From the NCBI GenBank assembly GCA_002269645.1, contig NIVC01002521.1:101160-165159 (forward strand): a stretch of DNA of 64,000 nt, given 5' to 3'. This DNA comes from Macrostomum lignano (lineage: Eukaryota). Made by a program: the position numbers and the translations under genes. The notes under the pieces were generated by a model that was not told the origin of the DNA, did not search any database, and worked only from the letters and a program-made list of their open reading frames with translations. Position 1 is the stretch's first letter, and every line of letters begins with the position of its first letter. Positions 1-10,944 of this stretch are shown here, piece by piece.

Positions 1-1571
1 TTCGAAATGGCATGTAGCTACTGCCTGCAATATGCAGGAAGTAGGGCCCGAGGACCGAGATGCATGAGGGCCACAACAGAACTACTCGAGTACCTGGCGG
101 AACAGTTTGATCCGATCCATAGAATGATACCCATCAATGGGCTTCTATACCTGTCGGCGCAGAATACGGCGAACCTACGGCCGGTACACACCGATTAGTA
201 ACACATTAATAACTGAATTAATAACAGACAATTCCACATATTTTACTATCTCTTGGAACGGAATCTTATTTACATTGGCTGCTATACGCGTTTTCTCTGG
301 GGCCTTTGAGTTTGTGTTCTCACTTTCTTGAGATAGATGTCTAGCGGTCTAAGGTTCTTACAGCTCTTAGTCTCTCCTATCGGGCCGTCAGAGAAAACCG
401 TATAAACTGACGGGATCTCTTAGTATCTAAGCTGAGTTCGATTCTGTCTAGTATTTTCTCTAGGCAATAGTCAGGACAAATAACTGATTCAAGACTTGGA
501 TTTGTGCCAACTGGATAATCCAGAAACTAATTCAAATGGAGCGGTTCAAGATCGAAAACTGCGCAGAAAAAAAACGAAGCGCCGCTCCAGTTTGAGATGA
601 GCGTCTATTTGTACCAATTAGCATTTTTGGCCTCCCCCGCCGCCGGTGGGGTGTCTTCGCGTTGTTAGCAACGGCGGGGGGTTTTGAGCAATAACAAACT
701 GGGACTCAGTCCCCTAATTGTACATGAATTTAGTTAGTTCTAATAGGTTGCTAAGTGTGAAGGTTAGAGATTATTCGGGCTTTCGCAAATCTATGTGTTG
801 AGTTGGATTAAATTTGGGATAGAAAGATTATGGAAAAAGTGCTTTGTTTTCCGTCTCTACACTCTGCCCATGAATGATTAAACAGTCCTCTGTTTCTCTC
901 GGTTGTCAGGCAGCTTGGGGTTGATCTCGCCTTCTTGGGCAGCTTCGGGTTGGGTAGGAGTCTCTAGGTGGGCCTCACGTTTTCTCCCTCAGGGTGCGCC
1001 AGAAGATGCCGCGTGCCGCGTTGTTCTCTAAGTCAGGCCGCTGCTCAGTTTGCTTTTCCCGGCCGGTTTAGTCGCCATTGTGCCTGCGGCGGGGTGACGC
1101 TACTAACTGGAATGGAAAGAGGCTTTATTAGATTCGGCTATTCACATTGACTTGACAGTTGATTAATTATCTTAAAGCTGCTTCTGTTTGCTCTTCTAAT
1201 AGCTATCTAGGGGTTCCATTGTACTCTTCTGCCTCGCCCTTCACTGCGCCTGGGCTTTTCATAAATTTCTAGCTATTTTCTAACTTAGGGTCAAAACTTC
1301 AGATTTCTAACTCTTATATGATTCCCCCTTTTTTCGAAATCCTTGTGCTAACAAGGATTTGATCAATCGACATCAGGACTAAACGACATTGCAGGTACTT
1401 CAATTATCAAATATAAGGCGTTAGAAATCTGTAGACGAGTCAAACGTTAGTGGGCAGTCGTTAAATGTTCAAGCATTATTTCGGGGACGTAGATAGTTAA
1501 AGGTTGAAAGAGGTTAAACCTGGGAAATTAATTGAGGGAAAACAGTTCACAGTCGTATCTAGGGGCCGCAT

Positions 1572-1892
1572 TTAGTCATCTTCAAATTGAACGTTGCCGC
1601 TTCTGGCCCATAGATACTGACGATATCCCTGCAGTGTGGGCCAGGGTCGGATGGTAATGGAGGCCTTGTAGTCGCCTCCCCTCCACGGTATCTCCGTGGG
1701 GGTCAACTCGCGTCCCCACTCGGCGTCGTTGTCAACGGTTTGGGTGGCCATTGAATGGCCCCCATCTATGTCACTCTCGGCGACCTGTGTTTGCGCATCC
1801 TTTTTGATGCACTTGTGGACGTGGAGATTTACGTCCACAAAGGCTTCGCCGGGTCGCCGGGCATAAGCTTCTTTGGGTGAGTAAGTGGCCAT
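1572..1892 (-). CDS. Orphan ORF (106 aa) in the putative internal region of the minus-strand LTR element
   Basis: ATG-to-stop ORF with protein-like composition and no recognisable motif. It is co-oriented with the LTR/PBS at 2914-3461. Confidence 0.25.
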   Translation of the reverse strand: MATYSPKEAYARRPGEAFVDVNLHVHKCIKKDAQTQVAESDIDGGHSMATQTVDNDAEWGRELTPTEIPWRGGDYKASITIRPWPTLQGYRQYLWARSGNVQFEDD

Positions 1893-2228
1893 GGGAATGC
1901 GCTGAAATTAAGCAAGAGTGTGCTATTGATTTTCAATAGTATTGGTTTCAGCGTGTATCGTCCTTGGCCCAAAGCTTCGCTTAGCGGTCGGCTGTACATT
2001 AGATCTATCCCCTGCGTACATGGGGTGGTGGGTGGGCGAGGCGCGCGGGGTGAGGTTTTAGAATCTGAAGTTGGGGTCCCGCTCGCTCCTAACGAAAGAG
2101 GGGGGGGGGGCTCTTTCTTTCCGCGGCTGGTGATGGTTCCTTTTCTTTTTAAACTCCGGCGCAAGGGAGTGGGGCCCTAAGGGTGAACTATTCAATCGAT
2201 TCTTGTCCCGCGACTATACTGCTCAATA

Positions 2229-2492
2229 ATGTCTGAATTTACGGTAAGGCGCTTGATGCATCTAGTTAACGATCTAAAGGAGCGTTTGCGGGCCGTGGAG
2301 GGCCGCTCTGTGAGCCTGGAACACCGCCTCCTTCATCTCGAAGCTCGAGTGGCTGCTCAGGGTGGCGGTTTGGATACTCTTCGCAGCTGGCTGGGCGGAG
2401 TTGGGGGCAGCGGCCTTCTACTGTTTCTGGTGCTGGTATTAGTGCTGTTCTGCTATCTGCGTCGCCAACGCTACCAGGGCCTACCTGCCTAG
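2229..2492 (+). CDS. Small coiled-coil plus C-terminal transmembrane protein (87 aa), orphan
   Basis: The ATG ORF has a heptad-like segment (LVNDLKERLRAVEGRSVSLEHRLLHLEARV), a Gly linker, a hydrophobic stretch (LLLFLVLVLVLFCYL) and a basic stop-transfer (RRQR). Confidence 0.4.
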   Translation: MSEFTVRRLMHLVNDLKERLRAVEGRSVSLEHRLLHLEARVAAQGGGLDTLRSWLGGVGGSGLLLFLVLVLVLFCYLRRQRYQGLPA

Positions 2493-2913
2493 TAAGTGAA
2501 GAGATTTCATAAGACTATTGAATAACAATATATTTAGGGATTCTATTTTGTATGTCATTATAGGAGGTTGCGCGCCTGTCGAGTTAAGCGGCTAAATATG
2601 TTTGCTTGCGCCTCCTTTTGATTTCAATTAGCCTTTCAACTTTACTGGCTTTACTGTTCAATCGAAAGTTTAGAACACAAGTTTTTGTTCGAACGATAGT
2701 TGTTAGGCCGCCAGTTTGCTCGCTCGCAAGTTGGCCCATTTCTACTTTTCCGCACTTATATTTATACAACAAAATTTGCCTCAGTCAGCGTTATTTCAAA
2801 CCAATAGCAATTGCAAGAAAGTCTGGGAACTATTTTTTTGGTGCAAAAGTTTGGATGTCTGCGTGCCAGTTTCATGTGAACAGCGAAATCGGACACCGCC
2901 GTTGTGCGTCATT

Positions 2914-3461
2914 CGGCGGCTCCACCAGTGTTGCAGCTGTATCGATGTCGCAGATTTTGGGCGCTGATCTCAGCAGTTTTCGTGAGAACCAGACGTTCAG
3001 GCGTTCTTAGTGCAAGCCAAGTTCAGCCGGCTAAACTTTTCTAACTTTCACTTGTGCAACAATTGAGCGTTGGGACGCACAATGAACTCCTGCTGAACTG
3101 GTCTTGCTGTCCTGAGCCGATCGGCTGATTGTTGCGTACTGCTGAGATCGTTGATGCTGCTGCTGCTGATGGTGCAAGCCGAGCTACGTTGGGTGTCTTA
3201 GACAAAAGCTAGCGTCCGCAACGTTGGGGCCTACTTCATAACTTTGGTCCCCTCGCTCCAGGCTCACATTGGGTCCTCTCGTTGCCGTCCAGCCTCGCCA
3301 GGTGACTCGACCAGGTGACACGACCAGGTGACCTAGCCTATCCCCGTTCCTAGACTTATGAGCATTTTCTTATGGCTCATAGTCATAAATATGATTATCA
3401 GCCGGCTAATATAAGTGTCGGAGGGCGTGGAATATCACGGCGTTGAGAGTAAAGCGTGACA
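2914..3461 (-). mobile_element. LTR (2929-3461, minus strand TGTCAC...GCAACA) followed by a tRNA primer-binding site (Gypsy-like 5' LTR)
   Basis: On the minus strand the segment starts TG and ends CA. One nucleotide later comes TGGTGGAGCCGCCG, a PBS-like tRNA 3'-end complement (Ala-like). It contains three CCAGGTGAC copies with 13-bp period (3298-3332). No second LTR is in the window. Confidence 0.5.
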
Positions 3462-3599
3462 TGGTGAATATATCGAAAGATAAAATTCAGGTACAAAAAT
3501 TATCAGAATAAGGAATATTTGTGGATACAGTTTGTTTCCGGGTTAATGTGGTTAGTGTTAGATTATATAGCGTTGTAGCTGGCTTCAAAAAATTCACTT

Positions 3600-6500
3600 T
3601 CGTTTGGTCTAGTCTTGTCTCAAGAATAGGCCGCCCTGCTGTGAGGCTGCATTGAACAAATGAGCGTACCTGTGGGTGAAGGTGCCTCAGGGATGAGGCG
3701 AATTGGTATCTCACCAATTCGCTACAACCCGAGAGCAGGGCTTCATCCCTTGTATTATCATTTTTGTTCTCTTGCAGCCAGACCCTTCCTAGTACCTTAA
3801 GGGTCTGGGTTTGATTCGCCTGCTGCTGTCAACGCTATGTAAAAATGAGGCCATTGTAGGTTGGCAGGTGAATGTGAGATTGTGAAGAAAGCCCTGAAGA
3901 AAACATCTTAATACATCATGGCTTTCGATAACGAATCTCCCAATAGTACACTAAGCATAGGACACCTGAACTGTAACAAACTAAGCAACAAAATGCATGA
4001 GATTATTATGTGGTTGCACAATGATGATATTGACATTGGTCTCTTCTCTGAAACTGATCTTAAAAACAATGATAAGTTTTACGTTCAAGGTTATGCCATA
4101 ATCAGGTATGACACTCCTGACTGTAGAAGGGGACTGGCTATTGCCTACAAGAATAACCTAAAAATCTCAAATGTTCATAAATATTGATGTCACTCCCAAT
4201 AATAATCCCTGTAGCACTTTTAGGATCTCCCTTCTCTACAGAGCCCCCAATCCTGACAACATCAGCACTACTCTGCTTGAGCAGCTGCTCTCCCGACCCA
4301 GATCCTTACTCATTGGAGATCTCAACTGTAGACACGCTAGGCTAGGTGGGGACGGTGTAGATAACTACCCGGGCAAACAGTTGTACGATTGGCTCGACAA
4401 TCACTTGAACCCCCCCCTTTATCCTCAACTCCTTTGGTGACTGCACCAGGATTTATAATAGAGGAGGCAACACGGTTGGAAATGTTCTAGATCTAGGTAT
4501 CTGTTCCCCTGACTTTATTAACTCTGTCAGTGACGTCCTTGTGGGCGACGACCTCGACAGTGATCACCTACCTATTATTATCAGGGTCTTCATTGACCCC
4601 AGTTCTAAGGTTAAATCTAGGCCTCCTAAGAGTTTTTGGCACACTGACTGGGAGGCATTTAAGTATACTCTTCAAGATAAGCTAGAAAACTGTAGCATGA
4701 TTCGTTCTCGAATCTCTACTTCTGAGGACCTAGACAACGTGGTTGACAAGCTCACGGAAAAAAATCATGAAACAATTGAAGAGGTGGTCCCAGACAGACC
4801 CGAGAGAACAGCTACCTCCAGACATTGTAGAAAAGATCAAGAACAGAAGGAAGCTTCGAAAACTTTTTAAAAAGACCAGAATTGACGCTTTTAGAGTACA
4901 GGCAAATCAAGCTGCTAAAGAAAACAGAAATGCTATTAGAATGCATAGGTATAGAAAATTTGAGAATTTGTGTCAGAAAATTGCTAAAACTAGCTATAGG
5001 AAAGAACCGCGTCAATTCTGGATTGACATCACGAAAATGACCGGACAATCCATCAAACAGCGTTGACCTAAACTGAGCAAGAAACTGCAAAATTGTTTCA
5101 AGACTTCCTCGAGGACCAAATGCAGCCCCATTCGGACACCAAATCCCTTCTCTATAAAAAGGTCATTTCTAAGGAAAATCATGAGAATTTCCGGCCCCAT
5201 GATTACATGGTCAGAGCTCTGACCTACCACAGGGACAGGGCTGACCCTGATGATCTTGATAAGGAAGATATAGAATCTGACATCCTTAACATCCTAGATA
5301 TTGACGTCCTCATGGAAACTAAGAATCTCAGGTCTGGGGGAGCCCCTGGCCCTGACCAGATCCCAAATATTGTCCTTAAACGGGGGCTTGGTCCGGACTC
5401 TGTCAGAACCATCGCAAAATTTTCAATACGAGCTGTCTTCTAGGCTATTTTCCCAAGGCCTGGAAGCGGGCAACTATCAAAATGATCCCAAAACCTAAGA
5501 AATCTAGACATGAAATCAACAACTACAGGCCAATCAGCTTAACCTCCTGCTTGAGTAAACTTTACGAAAAGATAACTGCTAGGAATCTTAGAATTATCTT
5601 AGAAAACAAGGGCATTATTAATGAAGACCAATGTGCGTACAGACAAGATCACTGTACGTTTGACAACATTGTGCGACTCACAGACGATATACTAAAAATG
5701 AAGCAATGGAGACAAGTGTCACTCGGTGTTTTCTTTGACGTCAAGGGTGCCTTCGACGGTGTCTGGCACAGCTATCTCAGGTATAGTCTCCTGAAGAGTG
5801 ACCTGCCGCACAACATGATCAGGACCTTGTCCAGCTACCTAGAAGATAGGGAGATCTTCATCCAGGCTGGGGGGGGGGCGATCAGCAAAGGTTTCAAGCC
5901 CGCTGCAGGTGTTCCACAGGGTGGAGTACTCTCTCCGCTACTATTCATCATTTATGTCAGCACGATCCCCATCTCGCGTGACATCAAGGTTAAGAAAAGC
6001 CAGTTCGCAGACGACCTGACCGTCTGGGCGAGCGCCAGAACATCTGCGATTGCGGCCAAAAAGTTGAACAGCTACCTTGTTGTCCTTAAAAATTGGCTTG
6101 ACGACATTGGTATTTCCATTAATCCCACCAAAAGCAAGGCGATGGCCTTCTTCAGGTACAAGAGTAATTGGTCCACTGGCCCCGCCAAACCTCCGCTTAA
6201 ACTTGGTCAGGACTTGATCCCATATCATGATTCTGTTACATTCCTTGGCATCACACTCGACAAGGATCTTAACTAATAGGCAACACATCTCAAAGACTGT
6301 TGGCATCTCCATCGCCAAACTCGAGGCTTTGAGAAGAATCGCTCGCAACACGAGAATCTCCCAACTTGCGCTTCGACTTCTTTATAGGTCCTACATTGAA
6401 AGCAGCATAACCTATGGTGCTCCAATTCTGGTTAACACCTCTGATGCCCTCATGCAGAGTCTTCAGCGGCTTCAGAATCAGGCACTGAGGGTTGTGCCTG

Positions 6501-7065
6501 GAGCCCCTAAACACACCAAAATTAATTACCTACTACATGAAACCACCAAGACGCCTAGGCTTAGGGAGAGGATATGGAACCTAGGCCTTAGGTGGTACAA
6601 AAAGGTTCTGCTCACAGGAGTGCAAGACTTTCACTCTGATAAAAAAATCTGGAGCAGACCAGGGTTTAGAGAACCAGTCACGACTAAATTCAGGAAAGCC
6701 ATTAATCAATAACATTAATATTAAAAAATTCACCTCAAGCCGTTCCTGGGTGAGATCCTGTCAGTTGATTGATCCTGTAGTGCCGTAATTAACTGCAGCG
6801 TGCAAATCTGTTCGTACATATCAAAAAGTTTTACTACTTAGGACAAAAAAATATTGCCGTACTACAGAACGGCGCCAAAGGTTATCCCCTGCTTTCCAAA
6901 GGGTACTAGCATGAGCTAGGCTGCATAGCCCTCTCTATTCACAGCTCCCTCAGGCCAGGGGACGTTTTAAACCTGGAACCCCAAACCAGGTGGACCAATA
7001 GGCCCTTAACTCTGTCTGAGTGAGCTGATATTCACTCCTGTAGGGTTCGGATCGCTATTTATAGT
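3600..7065 (+). mobile_element. Decayed Jockey/I-group non-LTR retrotransposon (APE endonuclease plus RT, no RNase H)
   Basis: Fragments span 3918-6712 over several frames. APE motifs: SIGHLNCNKL, SETDL, GDLN, SDHLPI. RT motifs: YRPISLTSCLSK, FDVKGAFDGVWH, GVPQGGVLSPLLF, QFADD. Outer limits are tentative, from a candidate TSD TTCAAAAAATTCACTT (3584-3599) / TTCAAAAATTTGACTT (7066-7081), 14/16 identical. Confidence 0.85.
3918..6712 (+). pseudogene. Frameshifted, stop-interrupted APE-RT ORF of the LINE
   Basis: Consecutive ORF-track pieces (3918, 4171, 4541, 4743, 5093, 5482, 6227) join in domain order APE, linker, RT, C-terminal region. Confidence 0.9.
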
Positions 7066-7428
7066 TTCAAAAATTTGACTTGACTATTACGGAAACTTCG
7101 TTTTCGTTAACTTACTCATAGTAGTGGCATTCAGACTCAACTATATTAATCAACAAAAATTTCGAACAGATTTGCACCTGCAAAAATACTCACTAGGCTT
7201 TGTGATTCTTTGTGACTTTTATGTAAATACCTATTTCAATATCAACTGTTTTACCTATTTTAATTGCTTAATTTGTTTTATAGAATACTTGTAATCTCTT
7301 ATTTGTTTTATTGAATTCTGTAAATTTTTTTAAGATTGATTATCTATTTGTTTTATTCAAAATCGAAACTTTATACCAATACTAATCGTGAATCCAAATT
7401 ATATCATTAGCGTAAGGGCCCTTGAATA

Positions 7429-7646
7429 CACAGCGCGCAGGAGCTGCGTGTAAGGGTTAAAAAAATCAAGTACAAAGCGACCTGCTTTATTGTGTTCACC
7501 ATTACCTGGTAAGTATTTTTCTAGAGTTTTTAAAAAATCTGCCGATGTCAAGCTCCACAATCAGTAAATTATTTAATTAGCATTAATTGCATGGCGAAAG
7601 GTCTAAACAAGTCATGATTTTTATCCAAGGACCATTGATTTTTTAA
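7429..7646 (+). repeat. Left terminal inverted repeat (218 bp)
   Basis: Reverse complement of 10582-10799, with 2 mismatches found on manual comparison. Confidence 0.95.
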
Positions 7647-8191
7647 GCTAGGGTCGTTGCACTATTACATGCATGTTATGTATAGTGTATTATATAATTT
7701 TTGTGACAGTTTATTGTATAAATTCGTGTGCATAGCCTAGAATTGGAAACAATTTATAGTGTTAAATAAATAGAAAGTAAGTTACACATAGTAATAGAAA
7801 AGTATAACTAAAAAACAGTAAGAAATACAGATAGGCGACAAATTTATGTCTTTTCAAATTGTAGAAAATAATTTTAGTTCTTGGTGTAGCCACAGTTGGA
7901 GTAAAGCTGAGAGAAAATTTGTGGCAGAATGTCCATAGACTATTTCGTGCCATGAGAGTCTAAAACACTGCATGACATGAGAAGCCTTGCTGTGAAGTTT
8001 CAGGGGTTGATTTGTCTATGACCAGACCTCAAAATAGAGAGCTCCAACTGTAACCTCACCAAAAATTAAACAAAAAACCTGAATTTGTCCCCTATTTGTC
8101 AAAACAAGACTTCTGGTGCACCAATCGGTTTTAAAGTAACTCGGATATTATTGCACCTTCAACAGAACTGCTTACAGCACAGTAGCCCATT

Positions 8192-10300
8192 TTACAGATG
8201 CCGCGAGCTGTACACCGTGATGCACCTAAGCAAACGCCGAGCATACTCCGGATGAGTTGCATCCACCTTGAAGCGTTGACTCCACATGTCGCTGAAGTCG
8301 CGATGTGCCGACTCCATCGCCTGCTCAGACCAAAACCCAAGGCCTCGGCGACACCCATATTGTACTGCCATCGCTTCCAAAAACTGCGGCACGTGGTCAA
8401 TGAGGGCATGGGCCTTCGGAGTGATGTTGATGGCCAGAGCGTGGTATGCCGCCTCGAACTCTTTGACTGCTGTATCATAGCCTTCAAGCAGTTGTTGGCC
8501 GAAGCACTTCTGCTGGACAGCTCGCAGGCAGCTGAATGCATGGGCGACAGGCACTCCGCTGAAGGCAGCATGGTCAGCGAGGATCTGGCGCAGGCTGTCG
8601 ACTCCACCAAGCAGTCGGTCGCACTCATTGCCATTGAACTGGCTGCCGTGATACGGTGAGCGCCGTACGTGAAGAGCCTCAGCCCACTGTGCACCACGGA
8701 CTCCGTCGGGACCCAATGCTGTCAGGCGCTGCTCAAGCTCGTCGTACAGCCTGTTGACAAGGCCTAGCAGCAGGTGGAGCTCCATGGGTGGCACGGCTTC
8801 TAGCGTGTTTGAACTGTCTGGCCAATTCAGCAGTGGTTGCCTGATGCAGTTGTGGAATGGCTCTCCTGATGGCTTTGAGCTTCGTTGCCCCTCGATGCGC
8901 TGATACTGGGCAGCTTGGCTGCGAATAGAGCCAAAAGTCCGCAATCTGACACTGCGATGGGGATTGGCGAACTCTTTTCGAGGCGTCTCGCACCACGGGC
9001 AGGGATGGGCGCTGCTGGCGCTCTGCAGTCCAAGAAGCACATTTGCAAGTTTCATGTCCACGGAGCTGCAGAAAGACACGTCTTCTAGGTTCAGCAGATT
9101 GAGCACAGTTTGCACGTTCTCATAGTACTCCGGTACTTTTTCAACTGCTGCGATAATCAATAGCTTCCTTACACCACCTTCGGCAAAAGGGCTGCTGCCG
9201 GCCTCGGTGACACCGCCTAGTAGAACAGATGACTGCTCCCCGGACCGGACCAATGTCATGCAAACTTTAAAAAAGCCGCGTCCTCCATCAATACCAATCT
9301 TAAGCAGGAAGCTGCCAGGATCAGGATCCATTCTCCGCCGTGCCAGCACGTAGCCCACCAAGCCAGAGACGTTGGAGCAGAACACAACAGTCCGCGTTTC
9401 AAATTCGCCCGTGCTGCAACGGACTGGGACTGACTCTGTTGCATAAAATGGATCCAACTCGCTATTCAATTCTGCCAGGCGATGCAGGAGGTTTGGCTCG
9501 ATCGAACTGCGACCCTTCCACTCACGGAAGAACTGGGCCGCCTGTCTGGTTTGCCGACCACTCAAACCGATCGCATCCTGCATCCTGGCAATCTCACTAG
9601 CCGGCACTGATTTGTCACCAAATGCACCCGCGGAGCACCTGCTACTCTGAGCGGACACGCTTAGCGTGATTGGGCGGCCTCGAGTTGCCAGCCGAATAGG
9701 CGAATCGCCACCTGCGTCTGTTAACTTGGCTTTGAGGACGTCACTAGCATGAATTTCTGAACCACGCGGATCACGTGACAGCTCAGAGCAGATGTTATTT
9801 AGCCAGCGAGATTGCGTACAGGTGTGGCTAAGACCCCTGCCAATGGTGGAGTGACATCTCTGGCAGATGGTGATGGGACGAGCAGGTGGCACCTCCTTGT
9901 TTGGCGAATCGGTTTTCGGTCTGCCAAGGCGATGCGGCTCCGGCTTCCAGGTGCCGAGTCCTTTGCCGATTGGACTTTCTCTGGCAATCTCACAGAGACA
10001 GCAGCTGCACTTCGGGTGGCCCCTTGTTTCCTTTGTCGGTACGACTTTTGAAAAATCAAAAGGGGCAGGAAGAGCTTCAGAAGTTCGATTCCCCCGTTCA
10101 ATATCCAGCAGCAGACCCTGGCATCGAGCACACAGAGCAGCTGGGAGAAACTCGTTCTTCAAATCGTAGTTTGCATAAAAGTACCGCTGGATGCGAGGTA
10201 GAGCTGCTTTGCCAATGCGCTGCATGCCTGACCCGCGCTTAAAGCACACAATGCAGACCTTCAGCCGGTTCTCTTCGTGAGATTTTGAGTAGTTTGGCAT
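8192..10300 (-). CDS. Chapaev-family DDE transposase (702 aa from the ATG at 10300) with RAG1-like motifs
   Basis: N-terminal Chapa-like zinc motif: H-x7-CxxC...D-x5-P-x3-CxxC...CxCxxC...GRP. Core motifs: GIDGG (D1), DMK...LLGLQ...CPWC (D2 plus CxxC), ELHLLLG, FNGNE, KAHALIDH (H-x4-H), GFWSEQAMES (catalytic E). The track start at 10327 is a TTG; the first ATG is at 10300. Confidence 0.9.
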   Translation of the reverse strand: MPNYSKSHEENRLKVCIVCFKRGSGMQRIGKAALPRIQRYFYANYDLKNEFLPAALCARCQGLLLDIERGNRTSEALPAPFDFSKVVPTKETRGHPKCSCCLCEIARESPIGKGLGTWKPEPHRLGRPKTDSPNKEVPPARPITICQRCHSTIGRGLSHTCTQSRWLNNICSELSRDPRGSEIHASDVLKAKLTDAGGDSPIRLATRGRPITLSVSAQSSRCSAGAFGDKSVPASEIARMQDAIGLSGRQTRQAAQFFREWKGRSSIEPNLLHRLAELNSELDPFYATESVPVRCSTGEFETRTVVFCSNVSGLVGYVLARRRMDPDPGSFLLKIGIDGGRGFFKVCMTLVRSGEQSSVLLGGVTEAGSSPFAEGGVRKLLIIAAVEKVPEYYENVQTVLNLLNLEDVSFCSSVDMKLANVLLGLQSASSAHPCPWCETPRKEFANPHRSVRLRTFGSIRSQAAQYQRIEGQRSSKPSGEPFHNCIRQPLLNWPDSSNTLEAVPPMELHLLLGLVNRLYDELEQRLTALGPDGVRGAQWAEALHVRRSPYHGSQFNGNECDRLLGGVDSLRQILADHAAFSGVPVAHAFSCLRAVQQKCFGQQLLEGYDTAVKEFEAAYHALAINITPKAHALIDHVPQFLEAMAVQYGCRRGLGFWSEQAMESAHRDFSDMWSQRFKVDATHPEYARRLLRCITVYSSRHL

Positions 10301-10581
10301 GGTGGTGTTCAGTTCAAGGCTTTTCAATTCCTAAATGCTGAGATGAGCTGATTTATGATAAATTAATCATTTATATAGCTCAAAAACAAAAAATCTGCCT
10401 GTCTGAGAGTGACGCTAAATGCACTCCATTTTTTCGGTGACGCAACTGACGCTACACTGATAGAGGTTGATCATGCGCACTTAGGGGTGTACGGCGCCTC
10501 AGCTTTCGCTATTCGTCATGCATGTACACTGTGCCTTGGGGCTTGGGGTACGCACTCATGGGTGTGTATTTTGCCTTTAAT

Positions 10582-10799
10582 TTAAAAAATCAATGGTCCT
10601 TGGATAAAAATCATGACTTGTTTAGACCTTTCGCCATGCAATTAATGCTAATTGAATAATTTACTGATTATGGAGCTTGACATCGGCAGATTTTTTAAAA
10701 ACTCTAGAAAAATACTTACCAGGTAATGGTGAACACAATAAAGCAGGTCGCTTTGTACTTGATTTTTTTAACCCTTACACGCAGCTCCTGCGCGCTGTG
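10582..10799 (-). repeat. Right terminal inverted repeat (218 bp)
   Basis: Reverse complement of 7429-7646. Confidence 0.95.
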
Positions 10800-10944
10800 A
10801 ATAGGGCTGAAGCGCTCGTACCTATAAAATGAAAAAATGAAAATGAGATTACACAACCAAATTCAACAGCCAGCTTGACTCAAGCCTTCCCAAACTACCT
10901 TTGTGATTTTTACCTTCCCGATTTGATCTAATTAAAAAGATTAA

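Larger units (their letters stand above)
7429..10799 (-). mobile_element. Intact Chapaev-type (CMC) DNA transposon, 3371 bp
   Basis: It has CAC...GTG termini, 218-bp TIRs, a 4-bp TSD AATA (7425-7428 and 10800-10803) and a single uninterrupted transposase ORF. Confidence 0.93.

Noticed and set aside
6960-7050. Hammerhead ribozyme in the 3' UTR of the decayed LINE
   Set aside because: Hairpins are present, but there is no CUGANGA...GAAA core.
7647-8191. RAG2-like partner gene inside the transposon
   Set aside because: Only ~545 bp of AT-rich sequence with no ORF over 63 aa. The 4-bp TSD also differs from the 5-bp TSD of ProtoRAG/Transib.
8131-10242. Overlapping alternative-frame and antisense ORFs within the transposase
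   Set aside because: Shadow ORFs of a GC-rich coding sequence, with no motifs.
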